Source: Candidatus Poribacteria bacterium (GTDB lineage: Bacteria; Poribacteria; WGA-4E; PCPOR2b). Taken from it: 64,000 bases of DNA. Numbering within the stretch: the stretch's first letter is position 1; every line of letters begins with the position of its first letter. Under the pieces are notes generated by a model, which saw only the letters and a list, made by a program, of their open reading frames with translations, had not been told where the DNA came from and searched no databases. The stretch is taken from NCBI GenBank assembly GCA_965218095.1, contig OZ244587.1, forward strand, positions 736,001-800,000, written 5' to 3'. Positions 50,593-59,624 of this stretch are shown here, piece by piece. The position numbers and the translations under genes are program-made.

Positions 50593-52320
50593 TCATTCGG
50601 TTATCGTTTCGGCACTTTTAGGCGTAGCATAATAATAGCCCACCATGATACACATCTCGTCTTCGGACGTAAATCCGAATGTGAGTGGAACATCCCCATC
50701 GTAATTGTTATGGGTACACTCGAAGGAGAGGCCATCACCGGCGTCCAGGACCAGGGGCGGATCAAACACGGTAACAGGTGCATCGTCATAAGCGACGCTT
50801 CGGTGCAACAAGGCCCCCGTTGAGATCTGAGTGATTTCAAACAACTCACCGTGCCTGTGCATGTGAGATGTGAGCATGACGACATTCAACACTGTATTTG
50901 GATCGAAGCCTCGACGATCGAGTTCATCTTTAACGTACTCGTTCTTTTTGACGACGCGGGTTGTTCCGGGCGGAACGTTAATATTTGTGATGACAGCGAA
51001 AATCTCAACCGGCTCGTACTCAACTTCTTCGGGCAGAATCGTGTGAAGATTGACATAGACCTCACCCACCAGCGTTTCGGCACCCAATAAATTGACGAAG
51101 TGAGCGTTCAGGTCATAGATAGTATCGCCTGCAAAACGGAATGCCACCCCTTTTGGAAATGCAAACGTGGTTTTATCGCCGGTTTGCGTTCCACCAAGCC
51201 AGACGCGGTGTACACCAAAGTTTCCGAGTGCCTGTGGATTCAGGGGATTGAGTTCCCGGAAAGAATCTTGCGGGTCAACACCAATTCCGGGTGTCACCCC
51301 AACATTGAGGATACCATCTGCTATTCCCCGATCAGTTATCCGATATAGGATGAAGTGATGGCTGCCGGTTGGATAGACTATCTCGTATTTATTGACGAAT
51401 ATGTCTTCCTGCAGCGGCTGTCCATTTTCATCGGTGATTTGCGTTGCGTAGAAGACTTCCCGCTCTGTGCCAGGCTCAATGTTAAAAGGTGGCACACGGA
51501 GTTGATAGCCTTCTCCGGGCAAGGGTGCCGGGAGCGGTTCAAACGTTTCAAAGGGATCGCGTAGCACACTGAGGTCCCCGACATCTCTTAGTTTTCCTTT
51601 CTCTGGCGCACCTGCCGCAATCCACCTCCGAATTGCATCTATCCTTCCATCATGGAGTGGCCCCGCGCCCAAGGGCATGCGGGCTCCCTGTGCCGGTGCT
51701 GTCGGTCCCATCAACTTCGTCAGAAGGAAACTGTTCTCTGGATTGCCAGGATCAACGCGCTTCATACCGGCTGATGCCGCCGCGAGGTTCTGTGGCACAC
51801 GCCCTACCAAATCTTGATAAGAAAGACCGTAGGTGAGATTCAAATTGCCGGCGTTTGTAGGGGCTGTGTGGCAGAAGCTTTTGGCACAACTCTTATCAAA
51901 GATATAATCCTGAATATCATGATAGGTTGAGTTGTCATTCTCCGCAGTTTCGCCGAAACGGTTGGCAACCCGAATGAGGTCAAACACATTGATGGTTCCG
52001 TCGCGGTTGACATCAGGATTCTGCGCCGCGTTTCGATCAACGGGTTGCCCGAACGCATTAGCAACAAGCACCAAGTCTAGGATGTTCACGACACCGTCTT
52101 CGTTGACATCCTCCAACAGGGTGGAGGCATCGTCGTGCCCGAACGCAGACAAGCACAAGCACACACCGCCCATCAGCAAGAGGAGTCGTCGAATAAACCA
52201 GTTGCTTAAATATAGTGCGCATTTTAACCTCCGATTTAAAGGTTTCGCCTTGCCGGGCGGGTGATTGAAATCGCCCCGCCCCATTGCTTCTTGGATCTGT
52301 TTGTTGGTGTTGACTGGCAT
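50593..52320 (-). CDS. Dockerin-like + cytochrome c-like + copper type II monooxygenase-like fusion (5' end irregular)
   Basis: DVNEDGVVNILDL / DVNRDGTINVFDL; CAKSFCH...RMP...IRRWIAAGAP; GSHHFILY, NAHFVN, SHMHRHG, DEMC. Confidence 0.75.
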   Translation of the reverse strand: MPVNTNKQIQEAMGRGDFNHPPGKAKPLNRRLKCALYLSNWFIRRLLLLMGGVCLCLSAFGHDDASTLLEDVNEDGVVNILDLVLVANAFGQPVDRNAAQNPDVNRDGTINVFDLIRVANRFGETAENDNSTYHDIQDYIFDKSCAKSFCHTAPTNAGNLNLTYGLSYQDLVGRVPQNLAAASAGMKRVDPGNPENSFLLTKLMGPTAPAQGARMPLGAGPLHDGRIDAIRRWIAAGAPEKGKLRDVGDLSVLRDPFETFEPLPAPLPGEGYQLRVPPFNIEPGTEREVFYATQITDENGQPLQEDIFVNKYEIVYPTGSHHFILYRITDRGIADGILNVGVTPGIGVDPQDSFRELNPLNPQALGNFGVHRVWLGGTQTGDKTTFAFPKGVAFRFAGDTIYDLNAHFVNLLGAETLVGEVYVNLHTILPEEVEYEPVEIFAVITNINVPPGTTRVVKKNEYVKDELDRRGFDPNTVLNVVMLTSHMHRHGELFEITQISTGALLHRSVAYDDAPVTVFDPPLVLDAGDGLSFECTHNNYDGDVPLTFGFTSEDEMCIMVGYYYATPKSAETITE

Positions 52321-52357
52321 GTTGTCCCCTCCAATAATGCCCTCCGTGAACCGGCCG

Positions 52358-52756
52358 CTACGTATCAAAGTGGTAAACTATTTGGTCGAATTGGTCGCAC
52401 GCGAAGGAGAACACGAAGACCAGCGGCTCGGTGCCGATACAGCGGATAGCATGTTTGGCGTTGGACGGGATGTAGACTGCTGAGCCCGGTCCAATTTCCG
52501 CTTCGTGACCGTCGATCTCAATGTGACCGTTGCCACTGACGACGTAATATGTTTCCTCGGGCTCGTGGTGGTGAAGGGGGAGCTGTGTGCCGGGTGGGAA
52601 CTCCGCTACGCCCATAACAAGCCCGCTGCTCGGTCCTCTTTCTCCGGTGATTAGAAGCTTCCAGCGAATTGCACTCTGGGCAGCAATGGCCGGGTCATCC
52701 CAACCTTCCCAGGCGAGTTCTGCTTGATCGATGATGATGGGTTTCTGCACGCTCAT
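52358..52756 (-). CDS. Cupin, DddK/DddW (DMSP lyase)-like
   Basis: IRWKLLI...SSGLVMGVAEF.PG..L.LHHHEPEETY, YIPSNAKH, F..D.F..IVY. Confidence 0.7.
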   Translation of the reverse strand: MSVQKPIIIDQAELAWEGWDDPAIAAQSAIRWKLLITGERGPSSGLVMGVAEFPPGTQLPLHHHEPEETYYVVSGNGHIEIDGHEAEIGPGSAVYIPSNAKHAIRCIGTEPLVFVFSFACDQFDQIVYHFDT

Positions 52757-52804
52757 AACTTGCTTCCTCCTCCTACATTGAGTAGACTTCTCACTTCACA
52801 GATT

Positions 52805-53671
52805 TTAACCATCCAAAGCCGCTGCGCCACTCACAATCTCAGAAATCTCCGTCGTAATCTGGGTCTGGCGGGCGCGGTTACGCTGAAGAATTAAATCGTC
52901 AATGAGTTCGTTAGCGTTACGTGTTGCATTTTCCATCGCCACCATCCGCGCCGCTTGCTCTGCGGCATTGGAGTCCAACAAAACCTTCCACACCTGCATA
53001 TTCAGGTGTTTCGCCAATACGGACTGAAAAATTGCCTCTTGTGCTGGCTCATATAAATAGTCAAGGAAAAGTTCATCGCCGGTTGGTACTTCAGGGGTGA
53101 GTGGCAGCAATTGCTCGACCAAAACCGTTTGTAGAATTGCGGATTTGAAATTGTTGTAAATCACTTCCACCTTGTCGACCTGCTTGTCCCGATACAGATG
53201 CTCAAACTCCTCCACAATGTCGACAGCGGTCTCAAATGCAAGTTGCCGAAAAATGTTCACATACTCAGCGATGACGTTATAATCGCGCCGTGCGAAATGG
53301 TCTCGGGTGCGTCTGCCAACACAAATGACCATGACCTCCGCCCCCTGCGCTTGATAGTGTTGTGCCCGCTGTATTGTTGTTCGGATCACGTTGCTGTTAA
53401 AACTACCACATAGCCCACGGTCTGCGGAAACGGAGATTAGGCAAACGCGCTTAAGTTCACGCGATTCCAGCAACGGATGGGAGGGATTTTCGATCTGCGC
53501 AATGAGGTGTCCTAAAATAGCATTGAACTTTTCAGCGAAAGGGCGAGTCGCCAGAATATCTTCTTGGGCACGGCGCAACCTTGCTGCCGCAACAACGCGC
53601 ATTGCATCCGTTACTTGCGCGATATTCTCAATGCTTGCGATACGACGCCTGATTTCACGTAGCGTTGCCAT
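52805..53671 (-). CDS. atpG: ATP synthase F1 gamma
   Basis: MATLREIRRRIAS, ADRGLCGSFN, EQAARMVAMENAT.NA, RARQTQITTEISEIVSGA. Confidence 0.96.
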   Translation of the reverse strand: MATLREIRRRIASIENIAQVTDAMRVVAAARLRRAQEDILATRPFAEKFNAILGHLIAQIENPSHPLLESRELKRVCLISVSADRGLCGSFNSNVIRTTIQRAQHYQAQGAEVMVICVGRRTRDHFARRDYNVIAEYVNIFRQLAFETAVDIVEEFEHLYRDKQVDKVEVIYNNFKSAILQTVLVEQLLPLTPEVPTGDELFLDYLYEPAQEAIFQSVLAKHLNMQVWKVLLDSNAAEQAARMVAMENATRNANELIDDLILQRNRARQTQITTEISEIVSGAAALDG

Positions 53672-53679
53672 GGTAAACC

Positions 53680-55203
53680 TCATTCACGTTTGAATTGTTC
53701 CTTGAAACTTTTTACTGCTGCATGCAAACTGTCAATAAGTTCGTCGCTCAGAATACCGGTTTCAGCGATTTCTGTTAGAATATTTGCGTGGTTTCTCTCC
53801 ATATACGAGAGGAACTCGGATTCAAATCGTGCAATCTCAGTTGTCTCGATATCATCCAGATACCCATTGGCACCGCAGAAGATCGACGCAACCTCTTTTT
53901 CAACTGGCATGGGTTCATACTGTGACTGTTTCAGCAGTTCAACTAGGCACTCTCCACGCCGAAGTTGAGCCTGGGTTGCGGCATCGAGATCGGATCCAAA
54001 CTGCGCAAACGCAGCAACTTCACGAAAACTGGCTAAGTCAAGTTTCAACGTCCCCGCAACTTCATCTGCCTTCATGGCTTTAGTTTGTGCATCGCCGCCA
54101 ACACGGGACACCGATGTGCCAACATCAATTGCCGGTCGAATACCTGCATTGAAAAGATCCGTCGTCAGGTAAATTTGTCCATCAGTGATAGAGATCACGT
54201 TTGTTGGGATGTAGGTCGTGAGGTCGCCTTCAAAAATCTCAATAATCGGTAAAGCGGTCAGCGATCCGCCACCTAATTCATCACTGAGTTTTGCGGCACG
54301 TTCCAACAAGCGGGAGTGGAGATAGAAAACATCCCCCGGGTACGCCTCACGTCCCGGTGGCCGCCGTGAAAGGAGAGACATCTGACGATATGCCCACGCA
54401 TGCTTGGTGAGGTCATCATAAATAACTAGGGCGTGCCGGCCGCTATCCCGGAAGAATTCTCCCATTGAGGTGCCCGTGTAAGGCGCAAGATACTGAAGCG
54501 GGGAAGCCTCGCTCGCCAGTGCAGAGACAACAATCGTATACTCCATTGCCCCGTACTGTTGTAATGTATCCACAATCTGGGCGACCGTTGAACCTTTTTG
54601 TCCAACTGCGACGTAAATGCAAAACACATTGGTGTTTTTCTGGTTAATGATAGTGTCAATCGGGATAGCTGTTTTGCCCGTTTGACGGTCGCCGATGATT
54701 AACTCACGTTGTCCGCGCCCGATTGGCATCATGCTGTCAATCGCCTTCAAGCCGGTATAAAGCGGTTCGTTCACTGGCTGGCGTTGAACGATGCCCAATC
54801 CTTTTCGCTCAACGGGAAGCGTCTCCTGGGTTTTGATTTCTCCTTTGCCGTCGATGGGCTGACCAAGGGCGTTGACAACGCGCCCAAGCAATGCCTCTCC
54901 AACAGGAACTTCGAGCAGTCTGTTGGTCCGCTTAGCAAGGTCTCCTTCATGAATCAACTTATCTTCGCCGAAAAGCACACAACCAACGTTATCTTCTTCG
55001 AGGTTGAAAGCCATACCGGAAACCTCGTTGGGAAATTCAATCATTTCACTCGCCATGACGTTGGCAAGTCCATGCACACGGGCAATACCGTCGCCAACAT
55101 CCAAAACTGTCCCAGAATCGTATACGTCAACCTGCTGGCTATATTGTAATAGTTGTTGTTTTAGAATGTTTGAGACTTCATCGGGTCTAACTTCTCTTGC
55201 CAT
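53680..55203 (-). CDS. atpA: ATP synthase F1 alpha
   Basis: [52 protein letters not shown]. Confidence 0.97.
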   Translation of the reverse strand: MAREVRPDEVSNILKQQLLQYSQQVDVYDSGTVLDVGDGIARVHGLANVMASEMIEFPNEVSGMAFNLEEDNVGCVLFGEDKLIHEGDLAKRTNRLLEVPVGEALLGRVVNALGQPIDGKGEIKTQETLPVERKGLGIVQRQPVNEPLYTGLKAIDSMMPIGRGQRELIIGDRQTGKTAIPIDTIINQKNTNVFCIYVAVGQKGSTVAQIVDTLQQYGAMEYTIVVSALASEASPLQYLAPYTGTSMGEFFRDSGRHALVIYDDLTKHAWAYRQMSLLSRRPPGREAYPGDVFYLHSRLLERAAKLSDELGGGSLTALPIIEIFEGDLTTYIPTNVISITDGQIYLTTDLFNAGIRPAIDVGTSVSRVGGDAQTKAMKADEVAGTLKLDLASFREVAAFAQFGSDLDAATQAQLRRGECLVELLKQSQYEPMPVEKEVASIFCGANGYLDDIETTEIARFESEFLSYMERNHANILTEIAETGILSDELIDSLHAAVKSFKEQFKRE

Positions 55204-55238
55204 GATTTGTTATCCTTGCTATTTATTCGTTATTATGA

Positions 55239-55778
55239 CTATCCTCTCGCGAGCAATGCTCTCATCCGCTGAAGTTGTGCTGCGACGCTTCCATCGAAGA
55301 TGGTATCCCCTAATCGCACAATGAGCCCACCTTGAATTGCAGCATCTTCGCTCAATTCAAGTCTCACTTCCGCCCCCGAATAGTCGCTCAGTTGCTGGGT
55401 AAGGTCCACTTGCTGCGGTTCGTTTAGCGGCACCACTGATATGACCTGCGCAACGACGCGCCCTGCTTTCCGATCGACAATCTCCAAAAATGCTTTTAAG
55501 ATTGCGACCAAAAATCTCTCACGTTGTTTCGATGCTAGCAGAAGCAGGAAATTGAGCATAAGGGGTTCAACGGTTTCGGATAGGAGTTGCTGAAACATCT
55601 CACCCTTGAACTGCGGCGACAGAATTGGGTTGGTCAGGAACTGATCGAAATCTTCTGATTCTTGCGTCAGATTAATAACTTGATTGGCATCTGCAACGAT
55701 GCGCTCTAAAGCATCCTGCTCTGTCGCTGCATCATACAATGCTTGTGCGTAGGGTTTGGCAATGCGAATTTCTCTCAT
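55239..55778 (-). CDS. atpH: ATP synthase delta
   Basis: IAKPYAQAL, NFLLLL...R, IQGGLIVRLGDTIFDGS. Confidence 0.93.
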   Translation of the reverse strand: MREIRIAKPYAQALYDAATEQDALERIVADANQVINLTQESEDFDQFLTNPILSPQFKGEMFQQLLSETVEPLMLNFLLLLASKQRERFLVAILKAFLEIVDRKAGRVVAQVISVVPLNEPQQVDLTQQLSDYSGAEVRLELSEDAAIQGGLIVRLGDTIFDGSVAAQLQRMRALLARG

Positions 55779-55812
55779 TGGGTATACTCTTCAAACGGGA
55801 TACGTGAAAATA

Positions 55813-56403
55813 TTAAGCATTCTGCGTGGGAAGGCGGCTGATCGACTCGTCAATAATGTGCTGGTGTTTCTCGGCGTCGAGTGCCTGATCGATGATTTTG
55901 CTTGCGGCATCAATTGCAATTTCGGCGACAGTACCTCGGAGTTCGAGGATAGCTTCCTCTTTTTCGCGCTGAATCTCAGCACGCGCCCTTTCAAGTTCGG
56001 CCCCTGCCTCCTGACGTGCTCCATCCAGAATACACTGCCTTTCGACATTCCCCTCATCGATCGCGGCTTGGATTTTCGCCTGTCCCTCAGTTTCAATCTC
56101 GTTCAGCCGTTGACGGGTTTCAGCATTCAAACGATCTAGTTCACGCTGGTCTGCCTCTAGCTTCTCCATTCGTGAAGTGATTTCCTTTTGCCGTTCTTCT
56201 AAGAGTCCACCAACACGACCGAAGACGAATTTCCAAAGAACCAACAGAACAACAAGAAAGCCAAGAGCTTGAAGGATAACTGTCTGCGGATGGATGCCAA
56301 TCGCGCCTAATAGTCCGCCACCACCTTCAGCAGCGAACGCACAGGGCAAAGCCATCAAAGTATTTATACAGATCGCTAAGATTAAATTCCGATATCTTTT
56401 CAT
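55813..56403 (-). CDS. atpF: ATP synthase Fo b
   Basis: Q..GFLVVLLVLWKF, coiled coil, operon position. Confidence 0.9.
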   Translation of the reverse strand: MKRYRNLILAICINTLMALPCAFAAEGGGGLLGAIGIHPQTVILQALGFLVVLLVLWKFVFGRVGGLLEERQKEITSRMEKLEADQRELDRLNAETRQRLNEIETEGQAKIQAAIDEGNVERQCILDGARQEAGAELERARAEIQREKEEAILELRGTVAEIAIDAASKIIDQALDAEKHQHIIDESISRLPTQNA

Positions 56404-56487
56404 AATGATTCGTAGGGTAGTCTATGCTGAAACATACCGCGCGACCGCCATGATCGCGCGGTACATTTCATGCGCTATTTTTTGCTT

Positions 56488-56805
56488 CTATTCGCCGTGT
56501 TGCTCTTCGGTTGCCGCCGCTTGCATAATCTTTTCAAGCGGGCTGACCTTTTCGCCTTCAGCCGGCGTTACGTCCGGGAGTTTCCCCATCAGCAGGAAAA
56601 AGATCAGCAGTGAGTAGATCACAAGCGACTCAATGAGTGCCAAACCGATGATCATCGCTGTCTGAATGCGAGGCGCTGCTTCAGGTTGACGCGCAATACC
56701 TTCGAGGGCGGTGCTCGTCGCCTTTCCTTGTGCAGTCGATGCAGCAATAACCGCAATCGGTAGACCGAGGGCCACCCCAAAAGCTAAAACCGCGAGATAA
56801 ATCAT
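56488..56805 (-). CDS. atpE: ATP synthase Fo c
   Basis: EGIARQPEA loop, GLALIESLVIY; extended C-terminus. Confidence 0.93.
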   Translation of the reverse strand: MIYLAVLAFGVALGLPIAVIAASTAQGKATSTALEGIARQPEAAPRIQTAMIIGLALIESLVIYSLLIFFLLMGKLPDVTPAEGEKVSPLEKIMQAAATEEQHGE

Positions 56806-56889
56806 GAAAGTTCCTCCTTTAATTTTAAGCCAAAACAGAGATTAAAAAACCGAAAACAATATAAACGAGCGACAATAGTCGCTCATTAA

Positions 56890-57732
56890 TCAATGATGTG
56901 CCTCCGCACCATGCCCCTCATCATGATGCGCTAAAAATGTAACGATGTAGATCGAGGTCAACATTGAGAAAACAAGTGCCTGTAGAAAGCCACCAAATAG
57001 CCCAAAAAACAGCATTGGCACCTGAATCGGCATCCATGGGAGGACCCCAGCGATCGCTGGAATTGCAAGCCCCAACAGTGTTAGGTTAATAATAACGGAT
57101 TCCTCACCGAAGATATTTCCGAAAAGTCGAATTGCCAGAGAGCCTGCGCGTGCGATTTCGCCAATAATGTGTAGCGGAAACATCAAAGGTCCCAACCACC
57201 ACGGATCGCCGATAAAGTGTTGCAGATAGCCAACCAGCCCATTCTCTTTAATCGCAATGATATGAACGCCAATCAACGCGCTAATTCCGAGCGCAAGCGT
57301 CGTGTTCAGATCTGCAGTCGGAGATTGAAAACCGGGTATGAGGCCAAGATAATTCAAAAATAGGATAAAGATGAAGTAAGATCCGACGAACGGAACATAT
57401 TTTTTCCCATGTTCGCCCAAGATTTCGCCGAAGAAATCGATTAATCCGCCAACGAACAACTCCAGAAGGGTTTGCCCTTTGCCTTGGGGGAGCCGCTTAA
57501 TTTTTCGCGTCGCAAGGATGAAAAGCAGGGCGATAATCAACACCACGAAGTAAGCGTTGGGGATGAGATCTGGCTGATGCCAGCGCTCTGGCTCTGGAAC
57601 CAGCTCATTTGGGAGAATTTTTGAGATTGGGCTTAACCACGAGCGATGTGCTTCTTCAGCCGCAAAACCGAGATTACAGGCGAGCAAAGAAAAAAGGGAA
57701 ATCGACAATAGTGTGTAAAATGTTTTTTTCAT
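56890..57732 (-). CDS. atpB: ATP synthase Fo a
   Basis: NYLGLIPG..SPT, SLAIRLFGNIFGE, LQALVFSMLT. Confidence 0.95.
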   Translation of the reverse strand: MKKTFYTLLSISLFSLLACNLGFAAEEAHRSWLSPISKILPNELVPEPERWHQPDLIPNAYFVVLIIALLFILATRKIKRLPQGKGQTLLELFVGGLIDFFGEILGEHGKKYVPFVGSYFIFILFLNYLGLIPGFQSPTADLNTTLALGISALIGVHIIAIKENGLVGYLQHFIGDPWWLGPLMFPLHIIGEIARAGSLAIRLFGNIFGEESVIINLTLLGLAIPAIAGVLPWMPIQVPMLFFGLFGGFLQALVFSMLTSIYIVTFLAHHDEGHGAEAHH

Positions 57733-57905
57733 TGGTTGTAATCGTAAAAAAACTCATATTGTGAAAATAGAATTCACGAAATATAGCACCTGAGAATCTG
57801 ATTATGTAGGAGTTTGTGCGAATTTCTGAAAGATGTGAATTTAACAATACATTATCTTCGATTTCACATCGTCGCATTTTTTAATGGTTACGAAAGTAAT
57901 AACAA

Positions 57906-58830
57906 TCATAGTGAAAATAATATCTCACGTAAGTTCTTTTCTAACTTAGCGAGTTCCTCTAAATACGATGATACTGTTTTCCATTCATTTTTCATTCCAG
58001 CAACTTGACACTGACTAAAGATTTCTGATTGTTTTTCTTTTATATTAGCTAATTTCTTGTTATGTTTGGAAAAAAAGAAAGCATAGTCTAATGCTCTTCT
58101 TGCCCCTAATGGGAAACAAAATTTCAATAGATGGCCACTCAAATTTTTTGGACCATTCTTCACAAATGAAGCACAGGCTCTTATAGCCTCTTCATCAATT
58201 TTTATATTATCAGGATGATTCTTGCTCTTTATCATAGAGACTCTTGAACAATTTCAAAGCATTGTTGTAAATTTGATCTTGTGAATAATTTCTTATTCTT
58301 TTCGGCTGTGTCCAATAATGATAATATCCTTTCCTATAGCTAATATTATCTGCCCTCCAGATTTGCTCAAATTCTTTGTGCGGGATTGCTAAAGAAGGGT
58401 ATTTTTGTGGGTCATGAATCCAAACTTCTTCAACCGTTATTTTGTAAACCAATACAAAGTGGTCTGATCCAATTTCATCACTAATTCCCCATGTTGTAAG
58501 ATAGTTTATATCAATTGGACCAACTACAACTAGCGATTTCTTTAAATGTTGTTTAACTTCATTTAGAGGGGGATTCTTTGGGCTTTCTTGTACATATTCC
58601 TTAAAATTAAAACCTAATTGGTTTAAGGAGTTATTTATTCCTTTGTCAGGAGAGGTTACAAAATTACTAAAGAAGATTAATTTTATTTTATCATCCCAAA
58701 ATGCTCCCAATCCAACTCCAGAAAGAACTTCAGTTAGGGCTGGAGAAATATCTTCTTCTTCATATTTCAACATCATAGAAACAGCATTTGCGTAACAATA
58801 AGCTCCATTTCCAATATATTCCGGTAACAT
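57906..58830 (-). pseudogene. AT-rich papain-fold (C39/BtrH-like) gene split by a frameshift
   Basis: GNGAYCYAN (Cys), DHFVLV (His), IHDP (Asp); second ORF 57906..58235 overlaps in another frame and reads as the continuation; strongly AT-rich. Confidence 0.6.
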
Positions 58831-58896
58831 ATATCTGACTATGATTTTCTTCTTTTAAAATTATGAGATTTTTAACTATTACTTGGTTATGATTCA

Positions 58897-59313
58897 TTAA
58901 TTTTTTGTTGTATCGTTTTTGAACAGGATTCCCATCATGAGTCCGACCGCTTTAAGAATTATGACAACTTGCACCAATCCAACTCCCGCTGCAAGGGTGT
59001 AAACATTCAACCAATTTGCTTTCGTCAGGAGATAAAAACCGACAAAGATGATTGTGTATTTTCCTAACGCAATGAACCCCAACCAACGTTTTGTCCGTGG
59101 TGAACCGCTGGGTTTAACCATGCAACGGATGATAAATTCCAATGACAAGATTGCGCTCAAGCTCAAAAGACTACCGATAGCAAAACTCAAACCGGCTGGC
59201 AGACCGTACACCGCCCAAAGGATTGGCATTGCAATGAGCGCAAGAATGGTCGTTAGACGATAGACCTGTCGTAAAAATTGGTCATCCACTTCAAAGGGGG
59301 CGCGGGCAATCAC
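58897..59313 (-). CDS. atpI: ATP synthase protein I-like membrane protein
   Basis: Four TM segments, position upstream of atpB. Confidence 0.7.
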   Translation of the reverse strand: MIARAPFEVDDQFLRQVYRLTTILALIAMPILWAVYGLPAGLSFAIGSLLSLSAILSLEFIIRCMVKPSGSPRTKRWLGFIALGKYTIIFVGFYLLTKANWLNVYTLAAGVGLVQVVIILKAVGLMMGILFKNDTTKN

Positions 59314-59314
59314 T

Positions 59315-59593
59315 TTACGACTCCTCCTCCGAATCTTTTACAGCTACTCGATCCGCTTGCTCCTGGCGTTCCATGCGTTTATTCCACCGGGAAACGGCGC
59401 GAAACATCTCCATAAATCCTGCCGCCGTTCCGACAATAAAGCCAATAATTAAGCCGGTCGTTTGGTTGCCCAATTTGCCGCCAATCCACCAGCCCAATCC
59501 GGATCCAATACCAATCGCAAGCGCAAGCGTGATGCCGATCGAAGCCAAGTCAAGATTATTCCATTCATCGCTGCCCCGTCTAAACTTAGCCAT
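59315..59593 (-). CDS. AtpZ/AtpI-family small membrane protein
   Basis: SIGITLA.AIGIG..LGWW, GFIVG.AAGF..MFR; first gene of atp operon. Confidence 0.8.
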   Translation of the reverse strand: MAKFRRGSDEWNNLDLASIGITLALAIGIGSGLGWWIGGKLGNQTTGLIIGFIVGTAAGFMEMFRAVSRWNKRMERQEQADRVAVKDSEEES

Positions 59594-59624
59594 TGTCGAT
59601 TCACCTGGAACATTGTTGATGTAC

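Noticed and set aside
56428-56470. Hairpin between atpE and atpF as an ncRNA
   Set aside because: An intercistronic stem-loop here is adequately explained as an mRNA stability or stoichiometry element
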